Shown: piece after piece, positions 41,220-55,038 of the stretch
How positions within the stretch are numbered: the first letter of the stretch is position 1
How the letters are laid out: each line of letters starts with the position of its first letter
Source: Octopus vulgaris
Lineage: Eukaryota
Assembly: GCA_951406725.2 (NCBI GenBank)
Contig: OX597834.1
Span: 9,486,001-9,550,000 of the forward strand
Direction of reading: 5' to 3'
DNA: 64,000 nucleotides
Notes under the pieces: model-generated
What the model saw: only the letters and a program-made list of their open reading frames with translations
What the model was told of the DNA's origin: nothing
The model's database searches: none
Program-made: the position numbers and the translations under genes

Positions 41220-41450
41220 GGAAGTTTAGGGTTTTAAATACATGATCATACGATTGTGGTTTCAAATCGTGGACCAAGCAATGCATTGTGTTATTGAGTA
41301 AAACACATTATTTCACGTTACTCCAGACTACTTAGGAGGCTAAAATGAGTAATTCTACAACGTACTAGCGCCCCGTCCAGGGGCAGATTATAGAATATAT
41401 ACGGAAAACGAGAGTCCGGCCTTATGAGTCTATATGACTCAAGAAGGATT
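41220..41450 (+). mobile_element. Degraded SINE, family C variant
   Basis: Matches 51090-51315 (tttcacgttactccag...cccgtccag). Confidence 0.6.
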
Positions 41451-42425
41451 CTTGCTTTTGTCTATATATATATCTACGAGTAAACCTTTCAAGGATCTGC
41501 TCCAACATGGTCACAATCCTATGACATAAACAAATAAAAGCTAACAAAGGAACTTTATCTCAGACATCATATTTTCAAAGCCTGTCAGACACAACATAAT
41601 TATGGAAACTATTTGGAAGCCTCTACCCACCTGGTGTATAGAGTTATATCTCTGCACTTGTTTATGCGACTAACTCTCTATGCAGTGGTCTTAGAAACCT
41701 GATGTTTCGACTGAAAGTATGTAACCAGATAAATATTTTCAAATCTGGAACACCGAAATATGAAAGTTGTTTTTAATTTTATCATACATAAATTTGCTTC
41801 TTTTACGGCGACCACAAAGAACATGGGCGAGATATTATCGCAAACCACAATCCCAGACCGATTCCACTCCACTCTGATACATTCCCAAGATATGCTTGCG
41901 CATGATGTCAAACATGCTTTCTCCTTCGATCATTTACATGCAGTATGTGAGCATTCAATGGAAGCATATCGTTTTGCTGACATCCTAAAACATGACTATC
42001 CTTTCATTTGAATCCTGCTTGTCGTAATATTTTATATAGTTTACATTTTGTAGAGATGTTTCAATGGAGATTTGGCGTGTAGTATTAGCCTGATCGATCG
42101 ATCGATCAAATAAACGGACAAGCTAGTTCGTGCGCTCGATTGCTAGTTCAAGTATATTTTTGATATGTAGATTTAACCTGCCATTATTGACAGAAGACGT
42201 GGTTTCGTCAGAAATAGAAAAGCCAGCAAACATGTATGACTGTACCTGTCGTACTGAGAGATCGAAATCTATGACAGTTTCTAGTTTATCTGGATCAGCG
42301 ATCATATAAAAATAGTAGGGAGCCAATTTTTAAGAATCAAATATAGAAAATATATATTGATGCATGTTTAATGTGGCTTATTCATATCTTTCTAGCTGTC
42401 TCTGTATTTTTTTATCCGTTGTTGG

Positions 42426-42459
<34 letters not shown>

Positions 42460-42524
42460 TATATAATATATATTTAAAAAAAGGAAAGGTAGAAAAGGCA
42501 AAATAATTTTATAAAAAAATATTT

Positions 42525-42560
42525 CAGTATCGGTTTCAGTCATTGAGACTTTGTCAACTG
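42525..42560 (-). ncRNA. Minimal type I hammerhead motif, U3-A8 core variant
   Basis: Minus strand: cag-TTGACAA-agtc(tcaat)gact-GAAA-ccga-TA-ctg. Stem III is one substitution from the palindrome ACCGGT. Confidence 0.55.
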
Positions 42561-43509
42561 TGAATATGGAAAACAATTAAATTATAGAATAATTAAATTA
42601 AAAGTTGTGTAAAAGAATATTTGCATAGTATTCAAAAACAAGGGGCATATTTCTTCTTTCTGCCTGTCTGTCTCTCTTGTTTACTCTTGTGGGTTAGATA
42701 TGCGTATGAATTTGAGCACATAAGTATGCAGGCCTATATAATACACACACACACAAACAGCTATATGTGTGCGCGCGTGTAGTATACCAATATACACTTC
42801 TTTCTTTCTCCGATTATCACATTCACCAGTACAGTACATACCACCATCAATATTTAGAAATTTGACCATTATCTCTTATTCTTTTTCTCTTACTTTTTGA
42901 GGTATACTACTCACTCTGGTAACCCTTCTGTACCAATTGCTGTACACAGCCCTCCACCTTAGTCTTTCAAACATATCACACCGCCTCCCACACCTCATAC
43001 ACATTCATTCCTTACATTCTTATCTTTTCCTATCCCTGCCCTACTCCTCTTCCATCCTCCTCATAATATCTTGACCACCAACTAACACTCATTTTCTCTT
43101 CCTTTTTCTTGTTTTTCTTTTATAACTTATTCCTTATGACCATTCTCCTCATTTTAACATACACATTTTATCTCTCCTCTCTATCTGCTTAATACCACCA
43201 CTAAAATCTTAAAATGTCATTCACGCCACAAGACCCTTTTGGAATGAACAGCACAGGGAATCTACGTCTCTACACTTTCCATTTCTAATTACAAAATATG
43301 AACTCCTATCGGAATTTTTATACTATGAACAAGAAGCATTTCTACCACATCTATACTTTCCCTGGATAATGGAACTACAGCTATAACATCCTACATATAT
43401 TGTTAATTTTACTCTCTTATTCTCCCTGATACTTCTTATTTCAATCCTTTTCTAAAATAGCTCCTTAAATTGAACTCTACTATTCCATTCTATGTAACAA
43501 TCTTACATT

Positions 43510-43557
43510 GTCTCTGATGAAGAGATATACCTAATATCCCAGAAACAGCTGTAAGAC
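43510..43557 (+). ncRNA. Minimal type I hammerhead motif, canonical CUGAUGA core
   Basis: gtct-CTGATGA-a-gagatat(accta)atatccc-a-GAAA-cagctg-TA-agac; palindromic stem III ACAGCTGT; GUA site. Confidence 0.75.
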
Positions 43558-43683
43558 TAACTTTTTCTTTATAAATGTCCTGAAAATTCCACCCAGCCTT
43601 AGCTTTGTTGTCTCATTTTATTTAACACACACATATCAATATATATACGTAGGTGAGTGCACTGTATTATGTATATAGGTATG

Positions 43684-43715
<32 letters not shown>

Positions 43716-45212
43716 GCATTCATATATATATATAATATATATATATATATATTCATAAATGTTCTAAAATCTACACAGCCTTGGTTTTTGTTATCACATT
43801 ACGAAAAAAAATTATACATATATATATATATATATATTTTTCATCTCGCCCCCAGCACAATTTTAATATGATCCTTATTTTATCAAGAAATGACACAGAA
43901 GTTCGTCACATTTAGAAATAGAAATCCAGAAAGGGAAAGAAGGTTTCCTCGCTTTATATAATTGCATTTATAGATTTATTATTCCCTCCCGATTTTCTTT
44001 TAATTTTCTTTTGTACCTATTTGAACTCTTCACCAGTTTTTTCTATTATCAATTGTAATTCATTCTGAAAATGTTGTCACATTTTTCTCTCCAGTTTTAC
44101 ATAAAATTATTGCTTTATTATTTTATTGCTGTGAATATTGGATTCATGAAATAAATACATAAATAGATAAATAAATGAATAAATCCAAATTTTCAGATCT
44201 AGAACACACACAAACATCTGTTACAATAAGCCTGTTGCTCATTTTTTTTTTGTGTCACAACGACAGCAATAGGAACAACAATAACAACAACAGCAACAGA
44301 TCTATATACAAATGCATATGAATGAAACAAATAGATAGAAATGAACGGAAACATCTGGTTTAGACGTATTTTCTAACAAACGAATTTCTTTTTATTTGAA
44401 TATAAAACAAAAAAATAAATAAAATTGTGTACTTGCTAATTCACGCTCTAATTCAGTCGGTTTCTTCTGATTTTGTTGCTGCTGCTACTGCTGCTGACAT
44501 ATTGTCAATTTGGTCAATACATAATTTAATTGGTAACGTTTACGATAGCTGGAGGACACCTCTCGTTTTTCAGCGTACGTAAAGTTCTGATATAAATAAT
44601 CATGGCGTATGTCACTCGAAGACCAGTATTGTGAAAGGAAAAGGCGATGAATGAAAAATAATATTATAGAATTCCGAAAAACTGCTTTTCGGTTATATGA
44701 TATTGCTAAAAATAAAAGTTCTGGATTTAGGCATAAGGCCAGCAGGTTTGATATCAAAACTCCAGTACTTTACTGGTATGTTATTTTCTGGTTACTACCG
44801 GAATGAAAGGCAAATTTCAGACCGACCGGGTCTGCACTTAGAACTTGAAATCATGGAATGAATAACCGTCGAAAGGATAAAGGGTAAACTAGATCTCAAT
44901 TGTGTTATTAATAATGGCTTAAAGTTTTAGCACAAGGCCAGCAAGTTCGGGGGTGTAAGCACACCAATACCGGTTGTTAAACAGTAGTGGGGGACAACCA
45001 CATATATAAAGACAGACACATGCAGACAGACAGACACACCAATACACAGACACACACATTAATCAAGGCGTGAAGTTATTTTTAACATTATATACGTATT
45101 AGATTATTTATAGTTTCTATATTCAGGGCTTCAGAGGTACTGAAAAGGACAGAATTTCTCCCTGAAACAGAAACCTAGACTGAATGATTGTTACATAGTA
45201 AACTTTGCTAAA

Positions 45213-45690
45213 GTATCATCATTGTTCGACCGTGGTCGATACAATGGAATTTACGCCAGACTTTACGGTCCATCATATCATTACGGAGGTCCTGTTGCTG
45301 GATGCCTGTATCCCTGGAGATTACATCAGGGTAGGAGAGTGTGCGCCCTCTAGTATCGCGAGTAGATCGCTTCCAGAGGAGAAGAGTAGAAATTGCCTCG
45401 TTTTCTGCTCTACAACAATGTCCACCAAACTGGACTCGCCTACCTTTTACAAGAGATGATACAAGTGGTAGTTTCCCATATATTTGCATTTTGGTTGGAT
45501 GACGCTTCCACGAGAGATTTTGAGCTCCCATAAGGAGGCGAGTGTAGGTTCAATCCAACCGCCTCTCAAGCTTCTTTTATAACGTCCAGGTTTCTGAGCC
45601 ATATAGTAGAATTGGTTCGACTGTGGCTTTGAAGATTTTAAGTTTGAAGTCTCTACTTCGATTTGATGACCAGATCTTATGCATCTCCCA
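45213..45690 (-). mobile_element. 5'-truncated RTE-type LINE 3' end
   Basis: Minus frame (with stops): KLKIFKATVEPILLYGSETWTL...TYTRLLMGAQNLSWKRHPTK..IYGKLP..RRVQFGGHCCR...MMDRKVWR; short (ATG)n tail. Confidence 0.9.
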
Positions 45691-46219
45691 CAACTATAAC
45701 AGTTGTCTATTCTCACACATACTTCATGGGCTTTCTTAAACTTTGCTAATGTTACATCACATGTCATGTTCGTGGTAGACCGAGCTCCGACGAAATAAGT
45801 TGACGGAATAACAAAATTCTTATCAAACAAGTCCCCCTGTGATAAATATAAAACCAACAGAACCTAACGTTTCTTAATCCGTTTAGTAGTGTTTGCCAAA
45901 ATGGTGGTCCAAGTGTTATTAATGGAGCTTAGTATTATTATAGAAACAATCTCGTTTATGAGGCTAGTGGCGGCCAGCGTTTTCTCAAGACAGTTTCATG
46001 ACAGCTCATAACAGAGGGTCGTCAACATTGACGTCATTACCGATGTATTGAGATTGGTTCATTGTTTGTTTGTCTATTTGTTAGCATGTTTAGATTATTT
46101 GTTTAGTTCTGTATTACAGTGTATACAGTGTAATGTTCGATGTTTGTTAGTATTGCTATAACTACTGGGTCTTATTGCTTTGTTCCTTATCAGGCATCAA
46201 CACTGCTGTCAACGCGTTG

Positions 46220-46220
46220 A

Positions 46221-46256
<36 letters not shown>

Positions 46257-46406
46257 TGTGTGTGTATGTGTGTGTATGTGTGTGTGTATATGTGTGTGTA
46301 TGTGTATATGTGTGTGTATATGTGTATATGTATATGTATGTGTACGTATATATACGTATATATATGTGTGTGTATACAGACACATATATATGAATATAAA
46401 TATGCA

Positions 46407-46446
<40 letters not shown>

Positions 46447-46690
46447 ATATATATAATGTGCATGTGTATATGTATACGAATTCCTATACATATTTGTGTA
46501 TATATGCATACGTTTTTGTGTGAGAGCCTGTGTGTGCATATATGTGAACCTGGGTATATACAAATATATGTATATGTGAATGATTTTTGTATGCATGAGA
46601 ACATTTATGTGTGTGTATGTACATCTGTATACATATATATATGTGTGTGTGTGTGTATGTGTGTAAATTCTATATGCAACAACATACATA
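46220..46690. repeat. Compound microsatellite
   Basis: Directly visible. Confidence 0.9.
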
Positions 46691-47294
46691 AATACAGACA
46701 GACACACACACAAGTGATCTCTACATATGCCTGTAAGTGTATGCGTGAGCGTGTATGAAGGTTGTAAAGAACGCAGGGAAAGGAAAAGTAATATTAAGCA
46801 ACAAGGAAAGTTAGTAAGAGAGAAAGAAAGAGAGAGAAAGCGAATTGAGGGTTGAGAGACGGAGTATGTATGAGAGTGAAAGTGTGAGAGTGACAATGAG
46901 AGTTAGAGAATATATATATGGTGTATGAGAATTGATAACATAAATACAAACAATAACATGGAAACCTATATAAGTGATACATATAAAATTCGGAGAAATG
47001 ATGTGCAAGAAAGAAAAAAAAAGGAGAAGAAACAAAACAATGAAAGAACAACAACAACAAACACAAAACGACTCTGTGTCTAACCTTTACTTTGTTAATA
47101 AATCGAATTGAGAAATATTGGTGAAGTAAGAAATAAAAGGAACACAAGAAATGACTGTAAAAATATATAACGGGAGATGGCTTTAGAAATGATTAATGGT
47201 TATAAAAACATGAAGGAGAGTGCAAGATATATCATTGCCCGATATCAATAGAAAAAAAGATGATTTTATAACTCTGACAGTATGTATTTCGATT

Positions 47295-47472
47295 GTATAT
47301 ATTATATACATATATACATATACATATATATATATATATAAATGTATGTATATAAGTATGTATGTATATAAGTATGTATGTATACATGTATATATGTATG
47401 TATATATATATGTATGTATATATGTATGTATATATGTATGTATGTATATATGTATGTATATATATATGTATG

Positions 47473-47505
<33 letters not shown>

Positions 47506-47960
47506 GTATGTATATATGTATGTATATATATATGTATATATGTATGTATGTATATATGTATGTATATATATATGTATGTATATATGTATGTATATATGTA
47601 TGTATATATATATGTATGTATATATGTATGTATATATATATGTATGTATATATGTATGTATATATATATGTATGTATATATGTATGTATGTATACATGTA
47701 TATTTGTGTATGTGTGAATATATGTATATATATGTGTATGTATACATGTATATTTGTGTATGTATGAATATACGTATATATATATGTATGTATATATATA
47801 TGTATGTATATATATATATATGTATGTATGTATATATGTATGTATGTATATATGTATGTATATATATATATATGTATGTATATATATATATATATACATG
47901 TATATATATAAGTATGTATGTATATATATATGAACGTATGTATAAATATATATATTTATG
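47295..47960. repeat. (TATG/TA)n compound microsatellite
   Basis: Directly visible. Confidence 0.95.
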
Positions 47961-48080
47961 TGTGTTTGCTCGGGTGTATACATAAATAGTAGATTTGAAT
48001 TTATTTCTGTATTATGTTATAAATGTTTGTTTATGTGTGAATATCTGTATCTACGTACATGCAGACACACATAGACGCAA

Positions 48081-48122
<42 letters not shown>

Positions 48123-48223
48123 CATACATATGTATATTATACATACATATGTGTTTGTATATATGTGTATGCACCTAGTGTTTGAAAGCGAAAAAAGGGA
48201 GCGACTGGTGAATAATGTGCCAA

Positions 48224-48303
<80 letters not shown>

Positions 48304-50582
48304 CGTACATCATAGAAAATGTAGAGGTATTTTTACTACTGAGTTTACCAGTAGATGTTGCAGAAAGATTGCTATTCAATGCATTTCAAATTTTGATTCA
48401 AGTTTTACATCAATATTGTGCTACCTTGTTTCAGGAGATAAGTTTGGTTCTAAAGGCCTTGTAGATCTTTGTAATAATCAAAATGAGAGTGACCTCTGCT
48501 GTTCAATCTGATTGACGTACAGTGCTTCTAACGTCAAGAAACTTTACGGAACTGCTGAAACGCGGCCATGTCCAGTGACATTTACGTATTTCTATTTATT
48601 GCTCTTCCTGACATATTTTTCTTGTCTCTACGTTTACAAACATACACACGCGCATAGCACACACAGAGACGTACACAAACCTACCTACAGACGCACATAT
48701 GTTCACATATATATATATACAGATACAGGCATGTATATATACGGTTTGGAAAACCTAACGTTTCGAAGAAAAACCTTCTTCAGTCAAATGTTTTCAAGAG
48801 GTTAACGAATGAGAGACGTATGTGAGAGCCTGTGCATGTGTTTGTGCGTTTTCACGCTTGTGCTTGTGTACGCATGTGTGTGTGTGAGTTTGTAAGATTG
48901 AGAGTGTGTTTAGCAGTTGTTTTCTACTATTGGGCGGTGAATAGTTACTAGCGGTTTATTAGGATATTCTATTCGCATGACATGGGGTTTTAGAATTAAA
49001 ATAACTGAATACACGGCATATGGAATCTGCTGTTGGTTCAGGCAATGACAATGAAGCAGTTTCGTGGCACTAAATTTTCATACGATATCAAAATGATATC
49101 AATTAAACAACACATATCCCGAAATGAAAATAAAGAAACGATAAACAAAAACTTAAACAAAAATCGTGTAAAAACCTCTGGAAAGAATATGCATGATCGA
49201 AAGTAAAAGGAAAGAATATAACGTTTAAAAATATATGCAAAAACATTTTGTTGTATAAATAGAACACATCTAACATTGAGAGGATAAACACTCGTGATTT
49301 CCTTAACTCATTGCTTCCATCTGGTTGAGTTTATACATCAGAATATTTCTTTAATAAAAGTTCAACTTCACTCCTCGTACATGATTGAATAAATCCTGGA
49401 GAGACTAAAAGATGGCGTGGGTGAGGTGTTCGGTGATTGAAGAGGGAATATGAAATATAATACATAAAACTACATGATTAAAAGGCAAACATTTATTCAA
49501 AAAGTTCAGAAAAAATATAACAATAGACAAAACGTTTATATAGAAAAATTTCTGTCTTTAAGACAATGAAAAATATGTGAATGTGTTTATGAGTTTACAT
49601 ATGTATGTGTGTGTATATCTATTTGAGTATAATAACATTTTTCTGTATGTAGGTGTCGGACATATACATATGTATCTGTATGCATATTTTCATATATTTG
49701 TACATTTAATATAAATATTCGCAATTGTATACATAAACGTACATTGTATTTCCACCCCTCCCACTGGCGTAGATAGATTGATGGAGAGGGAAGCTGGGGA
49801 AGAAATGATGTCAGAGAGTGTGGTTGAATGATATAGAATAACAAGCTATAATCACAACGACAGCAACAACCAGAAAGTAATTGCCCAAGGGATTAAAAGT
49901 TATTATGGTGGAAAGATACGGAGAGGGAAAAGAGAAAGTGAGTCACACATTCACACATATATACACAAACGCACGCTCATATACATATAAGACAGAGAGA
50001 GAGATATAATTCAGTGTAAAGTGAAGAGGTAAGAGAAAGATAATGAGTCAGAAGTGCAACGGGATGAATGTTGAATGACAAAGAAATGCCGAGTAAAGTG
50101 TAAGAGAGTGGAAAGTCTGATATGAATATTTAGTCCCCAGAAGTGAACTGACAGACTTTTAAAATAATTGACTCCATTTTGTAAAGATCAGAAGAAAGCA
50201 AAGAAAAATGCACCTCTCACTCCACCTCTCGTTTTCGTCTCCTCATACGCTACTAAATATTGTTATGAGCATGCATATTTATACGTACGTATATAAAGCA
50301 TTGTAGAAGATATTGCATTGTGCCTATTTGCTTGTTTACTTGCATGTGGGATTTTGTTTGCACATAGGTGTGTGTGTGTCTGTATGCTCATGTGGATACG
50401 CTATTTTATGGATGTAATTGGATGCGCGTGGTTTCAACGGAGGTGATAGCGCGCCTGTGTTTACGATTGTGTGTCGGCGGATATTTGGTTGTTTCCATAT
50501 GTTTACATGGGAGTTTTTCGAGGTTCGATATCATGCAATGCACTAAGAATTTTGAGTACTCTCAAATTACTTTTTTTTTTTT

Positions 50583-50957
50583 TGTTTTACTTGTTTCAGT
50601 CGTTTGACTGCGGCTATGCTGGAGCACCGCCCTTATTCGAGCAACTCGACCCCGGGACTTATTCTTTTGTAAGCCCAATACTTATTCTGTCGGTCTCTTT
50701 TGCCGAACCACTAAGCAACGGGGACATAAACACACCAGCATCGGTTGTCAAGCAATGCTAGGAGGACAGACACACACACGCATATATATATATATATATA
50801 TATATGACAGTTTCCGTCTACCAAATCCACTGACGAGGCTTTGGTCGGCCCGAGGCTATAGTAGAAGACACTTGCCCCAGGTGCCACGCAGCGGGACTGA
50901 ACCCGGAACCATGTGGTTGGTAAACAAGCTACTTACCACACAGCCACTCCTGCGCCT
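50583..50957 (-). mobile_element. SINE family A
   Basis: Near-full-length reverse-complement copy. Confidence 0.9.
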
Positions 50958-51089
50958 ATAAATATATTTTTAAGCAAGAATAATAGAAAGTTATACATCT
51001 CCTGTGTAATCTTTGAACTAAACAACACTTGTTGCTTTTGTTGAGCCCCAGTTCATTCACAATCGTGTTGAACCGAGACTTTAGACATT

Positions 51090-51315
51090 CTAGCCGTTAG
51101 TGTGTCCATTGTAAGATTGTGGTTTCGATTCCTGGACCCGGCAACGCGATGTGTTCTTGAGCAAAACATTTCATTACACGTTGCTCCAGTCCACTCAGCT
51201 GGCAAAAATGAGTAACGCCGTGAGAGACTGGCGTCCCGTCCAGTTGTGGAACACATACGCCATAGAAACCGGGAAATCGGGCCCATGAGTTTGGCTAGGC
51301 TTTAAAAGGGCGCAT
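51090..51315 (+). mobile_element. SINE family C variant (same central domain, different tail)
   Basis: ggtttcgattcctggacc B box; tgtgttcttgagcaaaacatttcattacacgttgctccagtccactcagctg. Confidence 0.7.
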
Positions 51316-51628
51316 TTGGATACTGAACCCAGTAAATATTGATCTCATCAGTAATTGAGACTTCCCAGAGTTCATCTCACCAAGTTTTGCACTCAACAGT
51401 TCTTGATGATAAACATTTGTAAAACACATCTGATATTAATGTAATTAGCTCATAAAATGAGTTCACTTAGGTATTATTGACACTAATTTGTTTATAGTTA
51501 TGGAAAGTTTACCTTGTCTGAGAAAACCTTTGTGTAACTTTAATTTCAGTTCAGCATTCCTATAAAAAAAAAAAACAAGAAGTGCATTGTGTAACCACCA
51601 CCTTCATACTGCATAGATCCAGAGAGGT

Positions 51629-52001
51629 GGAGGCGCAATGGCCCAGTGGTTAGGGCAGCGGACTCGCGGTTTCGATTCCCAGACCGGGCGTTGTGAGTGT
51701 TTATTGAGCGAAAACACCTAAAAGCTCCACGAGGCTCCGGCAGGGGATGGTGGTGATCCCTGCTGTACTCTTTCACCACAACTTTCTCTCACACTTACTT
51801 CCTGTTTCTGTTGTACCTGTATTTCAAGGGGCCGGCCTTGTCACTCTCTGTGTCACGCTGAATATCCCCGAGAACTACGTTAAGTGTACACGTGTCTGTG
51901 GAGTGCTCAGCCACTTACACGTTAATTTCACGAGCAGGCTGTTCCGTTGATTCGGATCAACCGGAACCCTCGTCGTCGTAACCGACGGAGTGCTTCCATC
52001 C
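51629..52001 (+). mobile_element. tRNA-Arg-like SINE (OR-like), tail type 2
   Basis: Same head as 38853; perfect 14-bp TSD actgcatagatcca at 51608-51621 and 52002-52015. Confidence 0.9.
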
Positions 52002-52517
52002 ACTGCATAGATCCAATGAAATAGAAATTATTGATTTTGCTGTTAATAATACGTACAGCAAACTCAGTTCAACAATTGGGGCTTTTCGTCTTATTTTTCG
52101 TCATATATAGACGAAATAAACGTAATCACCTCAGAAACCATAGCATACTGTGATTATTTGTCAATGATTTTATCTAGGCACAACAGACTTTACAATGCAG
52201 CATGTAGTATTAAAAAATATTTTTCTATTCATATGCAGTTTTATGATATTAGGATATCTTTCTAAAATACTTTCGTGCGAACCACGAATAGATGTATTTA
52301 TAACAGGGTATCTTAGGAATTTTTAAGTCGGGGTGGAGCAATTTAGATCAAATTACGAATATTTTACGATGGTTTGTTGTTTAGACAGACAGACAGACAG
52401 ACAGAGACAGACAGGTGGGCGGATGGATGGATGGATATAAGTATACATGTACGTATGCGTGAATCTATGTGCTGACATTTCTCAACAGTTGACAACGAAA
52501 TGTTTTCCGAACAGGAA

Positions 52518-52716
52518 ATAACAATTCATTGGAATCTAAAGATTAATTGTTTCCACTCCGAGTAACATCTTAGCGACCATCGGATCTAGCGATCACAAAG
52601 TTTCGTTTGAGGGTTATAACAATTCATTGGAATCTAAAGATTAATTGTTTCCACTCCGAGTAACATCTTAGCGACCATCGGATCTAGCGATCACAAAGTT
52701 TCGTTTGAGGGTTATA
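52518..52716 (+). repeat. Perfect 98-bp tandem duplication
   Basis: 52518-52615 equals 52616-52713; ATA microhomology at the junctions. Confidence 0.95.
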
Positions 52717-53197
52717 TTAGTGAAGCTTCGGCTTCGTACTAAGGTTATCAATATTTCAAATACAAGCAAAAACCTTCTTAGAAACACAGATGTGTCTGCA
52801 TGCTTATATGTGCTAATCCCGTAGGGATATGTACGTATAAAATCTCACCTAACTCACACATAATGTAGCATTTTGTACAGTACTTTCAATTGCCAGTCTA
52901 AACGGCTCCGCCATACGTGTGTGTATGGAGTATATGATATATAAATATATTTGATGATATGCATATATGTTAATATATATATATATAGATAGATGTGTGT
53001 ATTTACCCCTTGTTAACAATTAGCACAGAGAAAATAGATACTTACAAGGGTAGCAAAAAATCACACAAGTAAAAAGTTTGTAGCTACTTGTTTTTAAAGG
53101 TGAAAACTCCGGGTTTACGTGAATAATACCAGTGATTTCTTCGAAACACATGTCGAAAGTAAAAGAATTTGAATAACACCTGCGTTTAACTCCATTT

Positions 53198-53249
<52 letters not shown>

Positions 53250-53251
<2 letters not shown>

Positions 53252-53463
53252 TTTACTTGTTTCAGGCATTTGACTGCGGCCATGCTGGAGCACCGCATTT
53301 TGTCAAGCAAATCTACCCCGGGACTTATTCTTTGTAAGCCCAGTACTTATTCTATCGGTCTCTTTTGCCGAACCGCTAAGTTACGGGGATGTAAACACTC
53401 CAGCATCGGTTGTCAAGCAATACTAGGGGGACCAACACAGACACACAAACATACACACACACA

Positions 53464-53517
<54 letters not shown>

Positions 53518-53682
53518 TACGACAGGCTTCTTTCAGTTTCCGTCTACCAAATCCACTCATAAGGTATTGGTCGGCCCGGGGCTATAGCAGAAGACACTTG
53601 CCCAAGATGCCACGCAGTGGGACTGAACCCGGAACCATGTGGTTGGTAAGCAAGCTACTTACCACACAGCCACTCCTGCGCC
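53250..53682 (-). mobile_element. SINE family A, full length
   Basis: Reverse complement of 28468-28890. Confidence 0.9.
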
Positions 53683-54601
53683 ATATTTATTTATTTATTT
53701 ATCTCTATATTTTATTTATATTTATTTATCTGTATATGCATGTGTCTGTATGTATGTCAGTACGTATATGTATTGGTAAAAATCTTTCATTTTCTACTTT
53801 CTGCCATTCTCTATTTCTGCATAAAAACGAAGGAGCATATAAATCAATAGTAAAAAAAAAACAGAAAATTATTTCCATAAATTGTAATACATTGAATTTA
53901 TTGGTTTCGTTTGATAACAAGAATATACGAAGAAAAGTAACTACGATAACCTACATATGGTCTCGTGTTCTTTTCATTGTTTTTCCTTTTGTTCCAGCAT
54001 ACATTTAATCATCTCCTTTTCGTTCCACAATGTTATTCTATCGATACGATTGTGATTTCATTTCTCATCTATGTAATTATGAATTCTAAGATCACGATAT
54101 CTGAACTTTTTCGATAAAAAACGTTAGCAAAAAAAAAAAAATATATATGAGAATTGATTTAAACAGTTACTTTATGCTAGATGTTCTCAATAATAATTAG
54201 CACTACGCATTTCCCTTTCTGTTGTTGTCTCTTTCCCTTTCTTACATAGCTCAGTGAATCTGTCTTTCGTTCATCCTTATTTAAACGTCACATTTCTGGT
54301 TGGTGAGCAAGATAACTGTATACCAAATGGAATGGGGGAAATTTATGAAACTTTATGAAGCGAATAACCAAATTTCCCCCTCGGGGTGAAATACTCTTAC
54401 CATCCAACTTGCATATATATATATATATATATAAAGGTATACATTATATATAACAGATAACTTACATACGTTTCTGCCAAAGTTTGGTCATGTCTAACTT
54501 AATAACTTAATAGCACCACCTGATAAGGTTAGCTAAATCCTTTTTAAGTCGAGTTTTGTGTATCATTGTCCATTCGAGTAGGGAGTTCTTGTTCGGTGAT
54601 T

Positions 54602-54681
<80 letters not shown>

Positions 54682-54716
54682 TTATATATATATATGTGTG
54701 TGTATATATATATATA

Positions 54717-54821
<105 letters not shown>

Positions 54822-54829
54822 ATATATAT

Positions 54830-54970
54830 ATGTTTGTATGTCTATTTCCCCCCATCATCGCTTGACATACGATGTTCGTGTGTATACGTCCCCGTATCTT
54901 AGCGGTTCGACAAAAGAGTCTGATTGAATAAGTACTAGGCTTAGTAAGACGATGTTCTAAGGTCGAAATA
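54830..54970 (+). mobile_element. SINE family A, partial 3' half
   Basis: cgcttgaca...ttagcggttcgacaaaagag...aataagtactaggctta. Confidence 0.7.
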
Positions 54971-54991
54971 AAATAAAATATGATATACATA

Positions 54992-55034
<43 letters not shown>

Positions 55035-55038
<4 letters not shown>

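Noticed and set aside
54460-54500. Minus-strand gaaacgta-tgt with an upstream stem
   Set aside because: No acceptable core heptamer.
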